Source of the DNA: a virus
Taxonomy: Duplodnaviria; Caudoviricetes
Length of the DNA stretch: 32,552 bases
Strand: one strand, 5' to 3'
Virus record (IMG/VR): IMGVR_UViG_3300006735_000115
Span: 1-32,552 of that record
The translations under genes were made by a program, and so were the position numbers. Numbering within the stretch: position 1 is the first letter of the stretch; every line of letters begins with the position of its first letter. A model generated the notes under the pieces. That model saw only the letters and a list, made by a program, of their open reading frames with translations. It had not been told where the DNA came from and ran no database searches. Below, piece after piece: positions 1 through 7,719 of the stretch.

Positions 1-384
1 CCCCACCGACGAGAACGGGTCTTCATTCTTGGCTTGGCCGACAGCCACGGCAGGGGACTCGAAGGCATCGGGCAGGAAGACGACGACGACAGGGGTGATG
101 AACGACGGAACGACCTTGACGGATGCGGCGAGGATGTGGCCGACCGCAACGGCGAGGGACTGGAAGGACGGAGACGGTTCTGCGAACGTACCCACCAATG
201 GCCTTCTGGGCAGGGCTGCCCCCAGAGACCCGACGAGCCGGCCAGGTGTGTTGAATCCGGACTGGGTCGAACTTCTGATGGGCTTCCCGACAGGGTGGAC
301 AGACTGCGAGCATTAGGAAACGGCGTGGTCCCGCAGCAGGCGGCTCACGCATTTGCAACTCTTTACAAGGAACTGGAAGCATGA
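1..384 (+). CDS. C5 cytosine DNA methyltransferase, C-terminal part (5' truncated; main/alpha frame)
   Basis: Frame open from base 1 reads PHRRERVFILG (motif VIII, xRxR) and ends RVDRLRALGNGVVPQQA (motif X). Confidence 0.85.
   Translation, partial: PHRRERVFILGLADSHGRGLEGIGQEDDDDRGDERRNDLDGCGEDVADRNGEGLEGRRRFCERTHQWPSGQGCPQRPDEPARCVESGLGRTSDGLPDRVDRLRALGNGVVPQQAAHAFATLYKELEA
2..316 (+). CDS. Overlapping alternative-frame polypeptide carrying MTase motif IX (beta-type subunit); start uncertain (TTG at 29 or upstream of the window)
   Basis: Two WPTATA repeats and LNPDWVELLMGFPTGWT in the +1 frame, nested in the MTase gene. Confidence 0.65.
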   Translation, partial: PTDENGSSFLAWPTATAGDSKASGRKTTTTGVMNDGTTLTDAARMWPTATARDWKDGDGSANVPTNGLLGRAAPRDPTSRPGVLNPDWVELLMGFPTGWTDCEH

Positions 385-554
385 GACAGCCAAGACTCGA
401 CATGGAAGATCACCACACGCGGGAGATGAATGACCGTGCTGATCTGCGGAGGTACGGCCCCATCAACGTGGATGAGGCACGGGAGGCCGACCTCGAGCGG
501 ACGGCTCGCTACAACGCGATGATGGAGAAGAAAGAGGAGGAAGGGGATGCTTGA
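381..554 (+). CDS. Hypothetical protein (57 aa)
   Basis: ATGA overlap with the MTase stop; open frame MRQPRLDMEDHH...EEGDA fills the gap to the next gene. Confidence 0.6.
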   Translation: MRQPRLDMEDHHTREMNDRADLRRYGPINVDEAREADLERTARYNAMMEKKEEEGDA

Positions 555-1353
555 CGGGGCCTTCACCTCCCCAAAGCTCAGAAGGTTGGCGGCAATCCTT
601 GACGTGCCGTGGCCTCATGCCATAGGGCTGGCAGGGCTCCTGTGGCGATTCACGGCGAAGCACGCTCCGTCAGGGGAGATCGGGCGTCATGACGACGAGG
701 AGATCGCTGCGGCTCTTGAATGGCCCTACGAGACCGATGTTCTGATCGAAGCCTTGGTCAGGTGTCGTCTCCTCGACCGAATAAACGGTGGAGCTAGGCT
801 CCTGACCCACGACTGGCCCGACCATGCCCCTCGCTACGTTCTCGCCACACTGAAGCGTCGAGGTCAGGACTACAGCCCTCACTACATGGAGACTGTAGAC
901 AAGACTACAGATGAGCCAGCAGTCAAGACTACCTCTTCCTCCTCCTCTGCCTCTACCTCTACCTCTGCCATCACCTCTGCCTCTCCCCCTGCCTTGTCTG
1001 CTGCAAGGGAGATGTCTGGCTTCTGTGAACACATCTGGGATCTGTGGGTTCCAGGCCGCAAGACGGGAAAAAAGGAGGCGTTCAAAGCGATCGAGAAATC
1101 GATCCGCACCATTGCAAGGGAGTTCGATGTGGAACTGGGAGAGGCTGCTCTTGAGATCGCGGAAAGGACTAGGAGAGACGCCACCAGATATGTGGATCAG
1201 CTCAGGACGAAACAAACGGAACTCAAGTTCATCCCGCAGGGGGTGACATACTTCAGGAAGGAACGATGGCTTGATGACGACATCGAAGAAGATCCAACGC
1301 CAACCACAGCAGACATTGCTGACCAAGACCTCCAGCGAATCCGAACCAGCTAG
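547..1353 (+). CDS. Phage replication initiator / replisome organiser-like protein
   Basis: N-terminal winged-helix-like region (PKLRRLA..GLLW..HDWPDH), central low-complexity S/T/A linker, C-terminal FIPQGVTYFRKERWLDD typical of phage O-like initiators; upstream GGAGG. Confidence 0.65.
   Translation: MLDGAFTSPKLRRLAAILDVPWPHAIGLAGLLWRFTAKHAPSGEIGRHDDEEIAAALEWPYETDVLIEALVRCRLLDRINGGARLLTHDWPDHAPRYVLATLKRRGQDYSPHYMETVDKTTDEPAVKTTSSSSSASTSTSAITSASPPALSAAREMSGFCEHIWDLWVPGRKTGKKEAFKAIEKSIRTIAREFDVELGEAALEIAERTRRDATRYVDQLRTKQTELKFIPQGVTYFRKERWLDDDIEEDPTPTTADIADQDLQRIRTS
868..985. repeat. Short direct/inverted repeats and CCTCT-periodic tract inside the initiator gene (possible origin iterons)
   Basis: GACTACAG 868, CACTACAT 880, inverted CTGTAG 893, CAAGACTAC 900 and 924, then CCTCT(A/G) hexamer repeats 932-985. 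Confidence 0.4.
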
Positions 1354-1840
1354 TTGGGAAGCCAACTATCGAATGCTTCGCGGTCTGTTCCCCAAATGGG
1401 AGCCAACGGACGAACAGCTCAAAGAGGTGTGGTTCAAGTGCTTCGACAAGCCTGATGGTTTGGGCCGAGACCAAGTCAGTCAGCTTTTGCTCAGGGAGGC
1501 AATCGTCGAAGCTAGGCAAGTCCATTCATACAAGGATCCTGACTTCGATCGGATCTCACGCATCTACCGAACCAAGCGCACGGAATCGCTGATTGAAAGA
1601 GACAAGATCGCCACCAAGACGGAGACGCAAATCGAGATGGCTGCGCTTGAACGAGAACACAAGTCAAGGATTCAGCGGATTGATCGGTGGAGCCAGCCGC
1701 GAAAAGAAGCCGCTATTGCTCGAGCAAAGCACAGGGTTCCGTCCTTGAGGAAACAAACGGAGAAGGACCACCATGAGTGGTCTTCATTCTGCACGGGCAT
1801 GGTGATCGCAGCAGATGAGGAGATCTTCCTTGAGAAGTAA
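1271..1840 (+). CDS. Hypothetical protein, possibly helicase loader / P-like partner; start uncertain (could be 1373)
   Basis: Helical ORF directly after the initiator; call is positional only. Confidence 0.45.
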   Translation: MMTTSKKIQRQPQQTLLTKTSSESEPASWEANYRMLRGLFPKWEPTDEQLKEVWFKCFDKPDGLGRDQVSQLLLREAIVEARQVHSYKDPDFDRISRIYRTKRTESLIERDKIATKTETQIEMAALEREHKSRIQRIDRWSQPRKEAAIARAKHRVPSLRKQTEKDHHEWSSFCTGMVIAADEEIFLEK

Positions 1841-2267
1841 GACGAAAAGGATCAGCGGAGCCAAGTACGAGCCCACGATCTTTCTTGTGCGCGGAGCTCC
1901 AGGTTCTGGCAAGAGTCGCTTGGCTTGGATGATCGCTCCTTCAGCTTGCTACTCAGCAGATGACTATTTTGAACTGAAGGCGAAAGAACTGTCATCTACC
2001 TATGAAGATGTTTGGAGTCGTGATCTGCTTGCCAAAGCGCATGAACACTGCTTCGGCAAGGTCGGCGGGGCGATCGCCGCAAGGTGCGAGAGGATTGCAG
2101 TCCATAACACCTTCACGACAATCAAGGAACTCGAGCGGTATCGAGAACTGGCCCGAACAAACGGATACGTTTGCAACGTGATCCGCATGGAGAACGATTT
2201 CGGCAACGTGCATGGCGTGCCTCGCGGCAAGGTCATTGCAATGCGCGACAGAATGGAGGCGTGCTGA
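1815..2267 (+). CDS. P-loop kinase (AAA_33 / polynucleotide-kinase-like)
   Basis: Walker A GAPGSGKS, SADDYF, AH..C, IAVHNTF and NVHGVP motifs. Confidence 0.85.
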   Translation: MRRSSLRSKTKRISGAKYEPTIFLVRGAPGSGKSRLAWMIAPSACYSADDYFELKAKELSSTYEDVWSRDLLAKAHEHCFGKVGGAIAARCERIAVHNTFTTIKELERYRELARTNGYVCNVIRMENDFGNVHGVPRGKVIAMRDRMEAC

Positions 2268-2551
2268 TGGAACCTGCTCTCAATGGATTGCGAGGTGGGC
2301 GAATGGATGTCCAAGTTTTGAAGGGTAGGGATGGGGGTCCATCTGAAGCCAGAGTCTCAGGCAAGTGCGTCGTAACTGGACAGTTCTGGTCAGTTCGCTG
2401 CGAGGCTGTTCCTCTGGTTGTATATATGAAGAAGATCGCAGAGGACGACGCGCCAAAGATTCAGGATGTTTTTCCTAACATGCCAGCCGACGCGAGAGAA
2501 TGGCTCCTCTCAGGTATTTCACCAGAGGGCTGGAAACGGATGTTCCGATGA
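2267..2551 (+). CDS. Phage hypothetical protein
   Basis: TGATG coupling at 2265-2269; C-terminal IQDVFPNMPADAREWLLSGISPEGW. Confidence 0.6.
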   Translation: MEPALNGLRGGRMDVQVLKGRDGGPSEARVSGKCVVTGQFWSVRCEAVPLVVYMKKIAEDDAPKIQDVFPNMPADAREWLLSGISPEGWKRMFR

Positions 2552-2880
2552 CCAATAGCAGAGAGAAGGGGAAAAGGGGTGAGAGGGAGTTCGCGGAGGT
2601 CTTGAGAGGTATGGGCATATCCGCTAGGCGATCGCAGCAGTACGCAGGGAACGAAGGAACGGCAGATCTCAAGACTGATGTTCCTGGTCTGCATGTGGAA
2701 GTGAAGAGGAGGACTCGCATCGGTGCAGTCCGCTTCATGGAGCAGGCAGAACGCGACTGTCTCTCTGATGATCTTCCCATCGTCGCGCTCCGAGAGGACA
2801 GAGGGGAATGGCTGATCCTCGTCCGCGCCAAGGAAATCCCGAAGCTGATCGAGAAGCTCGGAGACGCTCAAGAGATGTGA
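2548..2880 (+). CDS. Holliday junction resolvase (Hjc-like PD-(D/E)xK nuclease)
   Basis: NSREKGKRGERE...RRSQQYAG...ADL...HVEVKR motifs. Confidence 0.85.
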   Translation: MTNSREKGKRGEREFAEVLRGMGISARRSQQYAGNEGTADLKTDVPGLHVEVKRRTRIGAVRFMEQAERDCLSDDLPIVALREDRGEWLILVRAKEIPKLIEKLGDAQEM

Positions 2881-3389
2881 ATGACTGTCTCGGCTACCTG
2901 TACGAATTGGTCGCCAAGTATCGAAAACAAACGGGGTTAGACAAGTTTGAGTTCGAGGAAGTTCTCTCTGTCGCATACATAGAAGCGGAGCAGTTGCTCC
3001 GCGAAAAGTACGATCCGGAAAAGGCGACTGTCACCACATTCCTGTCGTCATTCTTGTATGGCCGAGTTTCATACCGGCTGTTGAGAAGCACGGGGATGAG
3101 GAAAAGGCTGGACGGCTGGAAAAAACCCAGCCAAATCACCCCCCCGCAAAGCATCCCATACGCAGAGCATCCCCTCGAAGCTGTCCAGCTTGAGGATCTC
3201 ATCAACTCGCTGCCTGAGAAGCTCCAGGAAACGGCTAGGAGAGTCGCCCAAGGCGACGACTTGGGGCATGTCGTCACTGGATATGACGAGGCATCTTTCG
3301 AGTCTGTAAATGACGGATGGATTCTTGAGGTACTCGTTGATGAGGTTCGCGAGGAGTTCGTCCAAGCACTGAAGCCACGAACACAATGA
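2877..3389 (+). CDS. Sigma-factor-like transcriptional regulator
   Basis: GTGA overlap; KYDPEKATVTTFL resembles sigma region 2 and LINSLPEKLQE resembles the start of region 4. Confidence 0.55.
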   Translation: MNDCLGYLYELVAKYRKQTGLDKFEFEEVLSVAYIEAEQLLREKYDPEKATVTTFLSSFLYGRVSYRLLRSTGMRKRLDGWKKPSQITPPQSIPYAEHPLEAVQLEDLINSLPEKLQETARRVAQGDDLGHVVTGYDEASFESVNDGWILEVLVDEVREEFVQALKPRTQ

Positions 3390-3652
3390 ACCAGAACAAA
3401 CAACAAACGGTCGGCATGGCCCTTCAGGCCGCGCAGCTGATCACTCTCCTGATTGGTGTCGCCAGCATTTTCTTGATGGTGGGCAGAAAAGACCAGAGGC
3501 TTGACCAGAACACGCTCGAGATCGGCGAGCTTCGGGACATTGCGCAGGACTTGGTCAGGACTTCTGTTGAGTCCACATCAACGAATCGAGACCAAGACAG
3601 GCAGCTCAATGATCTCCGTGCAAGGCTCATGAACTTGGAGGCACAGCGATGA
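3386..3652 (+). CDS. Single-pass membrane protein with coiled coil (holin/spanin-like)
   Basis: Hydrophobic LITLLIGVASIFLMVG followed by a heptad-rich tail. Confidence 0.55.
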   Translation: MNQNKQQTVGMALQAAQLITLLIGVASIFLMVGRKDQRLDQNTLEIGELRDIAQDLVRTSVESTSTNRDQDRQLNDLRARLMNLEAQR

Positions 3653-4176
3653 AAGACCTTTTTCTCAAGAACCGAAAAGCCGCGATCCTGATCTCGGTAG
3701 CGGTGGGGTTCATGCTGATCACCTCGATCCTCTCGGCTTGCCAAGTCGAGGATCTGATCAAGGTCGATGTCCCCAAATCCGTGGCAGAAGCCATACAAAC
3801 GGAGGAGAGGGTCTCTGTGTCTGACTCGTCAGAGGTCTGGAGCGAATGGATCGCTTGGGTCGATCGGCAGAGTGCGAGACTGGAGGCCGAGATAGGCCAA
3901 GCTCAGGAGCGAGCTGCGGTCATCAGATCCCTGACCGAGATGGGGATCTCCGTGGGCCAAGATGCCGCCAGCACCCTTCCAGGCGGGGCATTGATCTCAA
4001 CCGGCTTGGCCCTCATGGGTGGCCTGTTCCTCAAGCGTCCAGGCGACAGGAAGCGTGAGCAGCTCGAAAAGGAAGCGAGCTACAACGCTGGCTTGGATCA
4101 GGGCCGTCAGATCGCTTCTGCTGTCCGTGCTGGCTTGGAGGCGATGAGAGCCCAAGATGACGACACAAACGGCTGA
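3649..4176 (+). CDS. Predicted lipoprotein with a second hydrophobic segment (candidate unimolecular spanin)
   Basis: Basic N-terminus, hydrophobic stretch, lipobox LSAC; later GGALISTGLALMGGLFL followed by KRPGDRKR. Confidence 0.5.
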   Translation: MKDLFLKNRKAAILISVAVGFMLITSILSACQVEDLIKVDVPKSVAEAIQTEERVSVSDSSEVWSEWIAWVDRQSARLEAEIGQAQERAAVIRSLTEMGISVGQDAASTLPGGALISTGLALMGGLFLKRPGDRKREQLEKEASYNAGLDQGRQIASAVRAGLEAMRAQDDDTNG

Positions 4177-4234
4177 GGCTCGCCCTGAGCGTCTCTCGGC
4201 GATGCCCTACCGTCAATTGATCGGAGGTTGATCG

Positions 4235-5113
4235 GTGAAGCAACGCTGGCAAGTCTCACAGACCTCTACCGGATGCTACCGCGTGGACCTCAATGCAAGT
4301 GGTCCTCAGTGGCGGCAGTCCTTCCTCCTCAGCTCAGATCGGCACCACGACAACGCTCACAGTGACTGGAACCTCGAGGCTGTTCACCTCGAGCAGGCTA
4401 GGGAGCGAGCGGCTGGAATCATCGACATCGGTGACCTCGCGTGTGCCATGCAGGGCAAGTGGGATCGGCGGGCTGACCTCAGCCAATGCAGGCCAGAGCA
4501 TCAACAGGGGAGATACCTCGACAGCTTGGTGGAAACGGCTGCGGAGTTCTATGAGCCGTGGTCAGACCTCTTTGTCCTCATGTCGCCAGGAAACCATGAG
4601 AAGTCAATCCTGAAGAGGCATGAGACTGACCTGACTGACAGGCTGGCTGAGCGATTCAGGGTGATGGGCTCGCAAGTGGTGACTGGTGCCTATGGCGGGT
4701 TCATCAGGTTCTCGGTCGCTCTACCCTGCGGGAAGTCCTTGTCTCGGGTCATGTACTACCACCACGGTCATGGCGGTGGAGGGTTGATGACCCACGGCGT
4801 ACTCAACACTCGACGCAAGCAGTCATACCTTCCGAACGCTGACATTGTCTGGTCGGGTCACACTCATGACTCATGGCAGGTCAGGCTTGTGAAGATGGGG
4901 TTGACCAGCGGTGGGGCCATCAGGCTTGATGATGTCCATCACGTTTCGACTCCAGGCTACAAGGATGAAATGACTTGTATGGATGGGTGGCATGTCGAGA
5001 GGGGAGGGCCACCCAAGCCGCTGGGGGCGGCGTGGCTTCATCTGTCGCTCGAGGACCGGCAGAAGCCCAACAGGCACCGACGCATTCGGATCGACATTGA
5101 GGAGGCCAGATGA
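4235..5113 (+). CDS. Calcineurin-like metallophosphoesterase
   Basis: DxH (SDRHHD), GD (IGDL), GNHE, HHGHG and GHTH motifs in canonical order. Confidence 0.9.
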   Translation: MKQRWQVSQTSTGCYRVDLNASGPQWRQSFLLSSDRHHDNAHSDWNLEAVHLEQARERAAGIIDIGDLACAMQGKWDRRADLSQCRPEHQQGRYLDSLVETAAEFYEPWSDLFVLMSPGNHEKSILKRHETDLTDRLAERFRVMGSQVVTGAYGGFIRFSVALPCGKSLSRVMYYHHGHGGGGLMTHGVLNTRRKQSYLPNADIVWSGHTHDSWQVRLVKMGLTSGGAIRLDDVHHVSTPGYKDEMTCMDGWHVERGGPPKPLGAAWLHLSLEDRQKPNRHRRIRIDIEEAR

Positions 5114-5388
5114 GTCGTGAGGTGCCTAGGGATGTGGCGATCGCCATGCGCGACTCGGTCGCCCAGCTCGTCGAAAACGGTGGAGCGGAGGCTGTGCTGA
5201 TCTGCTTCACCCGCCACAAGCGAGGGCAGACCGAAACCTTTGCTGTCCCCTATGGGAACCTGCATTGTGTTCGTGGTCTGGCTGAATATGCCTATGGCAA
5301 GATGTGCGAAGGCATTGACGAGGAAGAGCTAGATGATGATGATGACGGCGATGATGATGATGACAGCCAAGAAGGTGACCCAGAATGA
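5110..5388 (+). CDS. Hypothetical protein with poly-Asp tail
   Basis: ATGA-coupled at both ends, GGAGG RBS. Confidence 0.7.
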   Translation: MSREVPRDVAIAMRDSVAQLVENGGAEAVLICFTRHKRGQTETFAVPYGNLHCVRGLAEYAYGKMCEGIDEEELDDDDDGDDDDDSQEGDPE

Positions 5389-5732
5389 GTGAAGACGAAT
5401 ACAAGCGAAGCGAGCTCGGTCGGTTCGGGGCTGGAAACAAGGGAGGTCCTGGCCGCAAGTTAGGAACCAAGGTTCCCAGCATGAAGGCCGCACTTGAGCG
5501 AGCCATCATCGACACACTGCGAGAGGAGGGGGAAGATGCCAGATCTGTCTTGGACGCCTTGGCACAAACGGCTCTCCACCTTGCTAGAGAGGGTGACTTC
5601 AAGTTCTGGAAAGAGATCATGGATCGGATCGATGGGCCAGTGACGCAGAAGGTCGAGCAGGACCAGACGATCAAGGTCGAGCGAGTTCCAACGCGAGCCC
5701 TCGAAGAGGACCACGAAGATGGACAGGATTAG
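5385..5732 (+). CDS. terS: Putative terminase small subunit
   Basis: N-terminal GRFGAGNKGGPGR motif and C-terminal A..GD....KEIMDRIDG.V.QKVE typical of small terminase-like (DUF5681-type) proteins. Confidence 0.65.
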   Translation: MSEDEYKRSELGRFGAGNKGGPGRKLGTKVPSMKAALERAIIDTLREEGEDARSVLDALAQTALHLAREGDFKFWKEIMDRIDGPVTQKVEQDQTIKVERVPTRALEEDHEDGQD

Positions 5733-5955
5733 CAGCTTGACGAATAGCCGTGTGCCACTGAACTGCGATTTGAATGCGCATGACCCTCGCGAGATTCTCA
5801 ATGCGGTCAAAGGCTCCGCTGTTGGCATCCAGTTGGTTTGTGCCAACAAGCTCAGCAAGATTGATGAGCATGACCTGAATTGCTTTCTGAGCAAGATTCA
5901 CGATCTATCAACCAACCTTGTGGAACGATTGGAGGCTCGAGATGGCAATCAATAG
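5719..5955 (+). CDS. Hypothetical protein
   Basis: Coupled ORF with upstream GAGGA. Confidence 0.55.
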   Translation: MDRISSLTNSRVPLNCDLNAHDPREILNAVKGSAVGIQLVCANKLSKIDEHDLNCFLSKIHDLSTNLVERLEARDGNQ

Positions 5956-6295
5956 GTTCCCAAAGTCCACGACAGTCTCAGGCTTCTATACCGGCCAGAT
6001 CGAGACGGTGTCTGACAAGGTGTATACCGTCGATCCCTCGACTGATCACGCTCTGACCATCACTTCGGTATTTGCCAAGACTGGGAGCGGAACGGTTGCT
6101 TGGCTGCTCAAGCAGGGCAGCAGCAATGTCGCGGTCATGTCGCTGAGTTCTAGTACGGGGGTCTATGGGTCGGCGATTTCAAACGCATCGGTGGCAGCAG
6201 GCGAAACGATCACGATGACCACGTCGAGCAACTCGTCAGGCACAGATTTGGTTTTCCGTATCGGATACGAGTACGAGGTTGATCTGGATGAGTAG
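5942..6295 (+). CDS. Ser/Thr-rich beta-type protein, possibly virion structural
   Basis: GGAGG RBS before ATG 5942; composition resembles small beta-sandwich virion proteins. Confidence 0.6.
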   Translation: MAINRFPKSTTVSGFYTGQIETVSDKVYTVDPSTDHALTITSVFAKTGSGTVAWLLKQGSSNVAVMSLSSSTGVYGSAISNASVAAGETITMTTSSNSSGTDLVFRIGYEYEVDLDE

Positions 6296-6725
6296 GTGGA
6301 ACTTCCTGCCTGCGCCTGTCGCAACCGACACGATCACTTGGACGCTGGTCCTGGGAACAGATCGCGGCAACAGATTTGTTCCTTCTTCCTATTCAGAAGA
6401 TGGGACTGGGGCAGGAGACTGGACTGAATACCCGCACGGGTCAATCCGAACGAACGGCGCGGACACCTATATCGAGTTCCTCGTCAGGATCGACACAGGC
6501 GGCACCTACTCCAACAACGGCGACTTCACGACCAACGCCACGATCTCGGACAGCCGGTTCCTCCATGAATCGACTGAGATGAGTTACTCGTCGCTCACGA
6601 TCGTGGAGGCCGGAGGAGCGTCCGGAACCATCCTTCGGTTCCGATTCAACGCTTCGGATACGTCCTCGTTTTATGACGCCTTCGCAACGGGCGACACCCT
6701 CACCATCGGATTGACTTACTCATGA
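6288..6725 (+). CDS. Thr/Gly-rich hypothetical protein, possibly virion structural
   Basis: Overlapping start, beta-rich composition. Confidence 0.6.
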   Translation: MSRWNFLPAPVATDTITWTLVLGTDRGNRFVPSSYSEDGTGAGDWTEYPHGSIRTNGADTYIEFLVRIDTGGTYSNNGDFTTNATISDSRFLHESTEMSYSSLTIVEAGGASGTILRFRFNASDTSSFYDAFATGDTLTIGLTYS

Positions 6726-6949
6726 GCAACCTAGACACGCTGGCGTTCTACGCCGCCATCGCCAAGCATCTCTCTGGAATCTCGAGCAACATCACGGCCC
6801 TCGCTGATGTGTACAAGAACCTGTCTCCTAGGTCATCCCTAGACGAAGACCTGATTGATGTCTTGGCGTCTAAGGCTGACGAGATGAAGGCCGCTGCTCT
6901 TGCCCTGAAGTCGGTCGAATACGACCCTGAAGATACGGAGTCACCATGA
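6722..6949 (+). CDS. Hypothetical helical protein
   Basis: ATGA-coupled at both ends. Confidence 0.6.
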   Translation: MSNLDTLAFYAAIAKHLSGISSNITALADVYKNLSPRSSLDEDLIDVLASKADEMKAAALALKSVEYDPEDTESP

Positions 6950-7578
6950 TCAAATACCTCTCCGCTCTGCTTGTCTCGACGATCGTCCTAGCTGATGATC
7001 CTTGCAGTCCTCGCTTGGTTCCGATGGTCACCACGCGGATTCCTGTCTTTGATTCCGAAGGCGAGCCGACCGAGACACTTCAGACCATCTCAATCGCAGA
7101 AACGGACACAAGGAGCCTGATCGTTGACTACCTGACGCCGCAGGACACAAGCGTGGCTGGTCAGTTTTCAATGGTCGGCCAGATTGAGGCGGCCAACCTC
7201 TCAAGCGTGGCGAGGCGGATCAAATACAGGCAATCAATCAGGATTGACGAGGGCATGATGCCTATCTTCCAAGAGGGGTCTAGCCTGTGCTGGGATCCGG
7301 AAAAAAGGACGATCATCGCGGACTACCAGATGCCTGTCGGTCCAGGCGAAAACGTCACGCAAGAAATCACATGGACTGTCAACCTTCGCCTTGAAGGGCT
7401 GCTTTCGGATATCAATGGGGACGGATGGGTCGATGCGATTGACCAAGGGATTCTTCTCGGCGACTGGGGAAGTAGCAACCCGCGATCAGATCTCAACTTT
7501 GACGGGGTGGTCAACGGGGAGGACTTGGGAATCCTGTTCAGCCAGTGGTCTGAATCTTCTGACGATGAGGAGTCATGA
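6946..7578 (+). CDS. Secreted-type protein with C-terminal dockerin-like double Ca-binding repeat
   Basis: Signal-peptide-like MIKYLSALLVSTIVLA; DINGDGWVDAIDQGILLGDWG...DLNFDGVVNGEDLGILFSQW. Confidence 0.8.
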   Translation: MIKYLSALLVSTIVLADDPCSPRLVPMVTTRIPVFDSEGEPTETLQTISIAETDTRSLIVDYLTPQDTSVAGQFSMVGQIEAANLSSVARRIKYRQSIRIDEGMMPIFQEGSSLCWDPEKRTIIADYQMPVGPGENVTQEITWTVNLRLEGLLSDINGDGWVDAIDQGILLGDWGSSNPRSDLNFDGVVNGEDLGILFSQWSESSDDEES

Positions 7579-7716
7579 ATGGAACCGTCGATCCTGCCCC
7601 TGCTCGAGAACAACGTGACCCCCTTGATTGTGTGGGTCTTGGTTTACTTCACGATGGTGAAGGGGATCAGGCGTGATCTTCAAGAGATCAAAGACAAGCT
7701 CAAAGACCTTGAGTGA
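7579..7716 (+). CDS. Small single-TM protein (45 aa, holin-like); not in the ORF track
   Basis: MEPSILPLLENNVTPLIVWVLVYFTMVKGIRRDLQEIKDKLKDLE; GAGGAG upstream; fills the gap before terL. Confidence 0.6.
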   Translation: MEPSILPLLENNVTPLIVWVLVYFTMVKGIRRDLQEIKDKLKDLE

Positions 7717-7719
7717 CCC

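Noticed and set aside
5320-5365. (GAT)n microsatellite
   Set aside because: It simply encodes a poly-Asp tail; the triplet unit would not cause phase variation.
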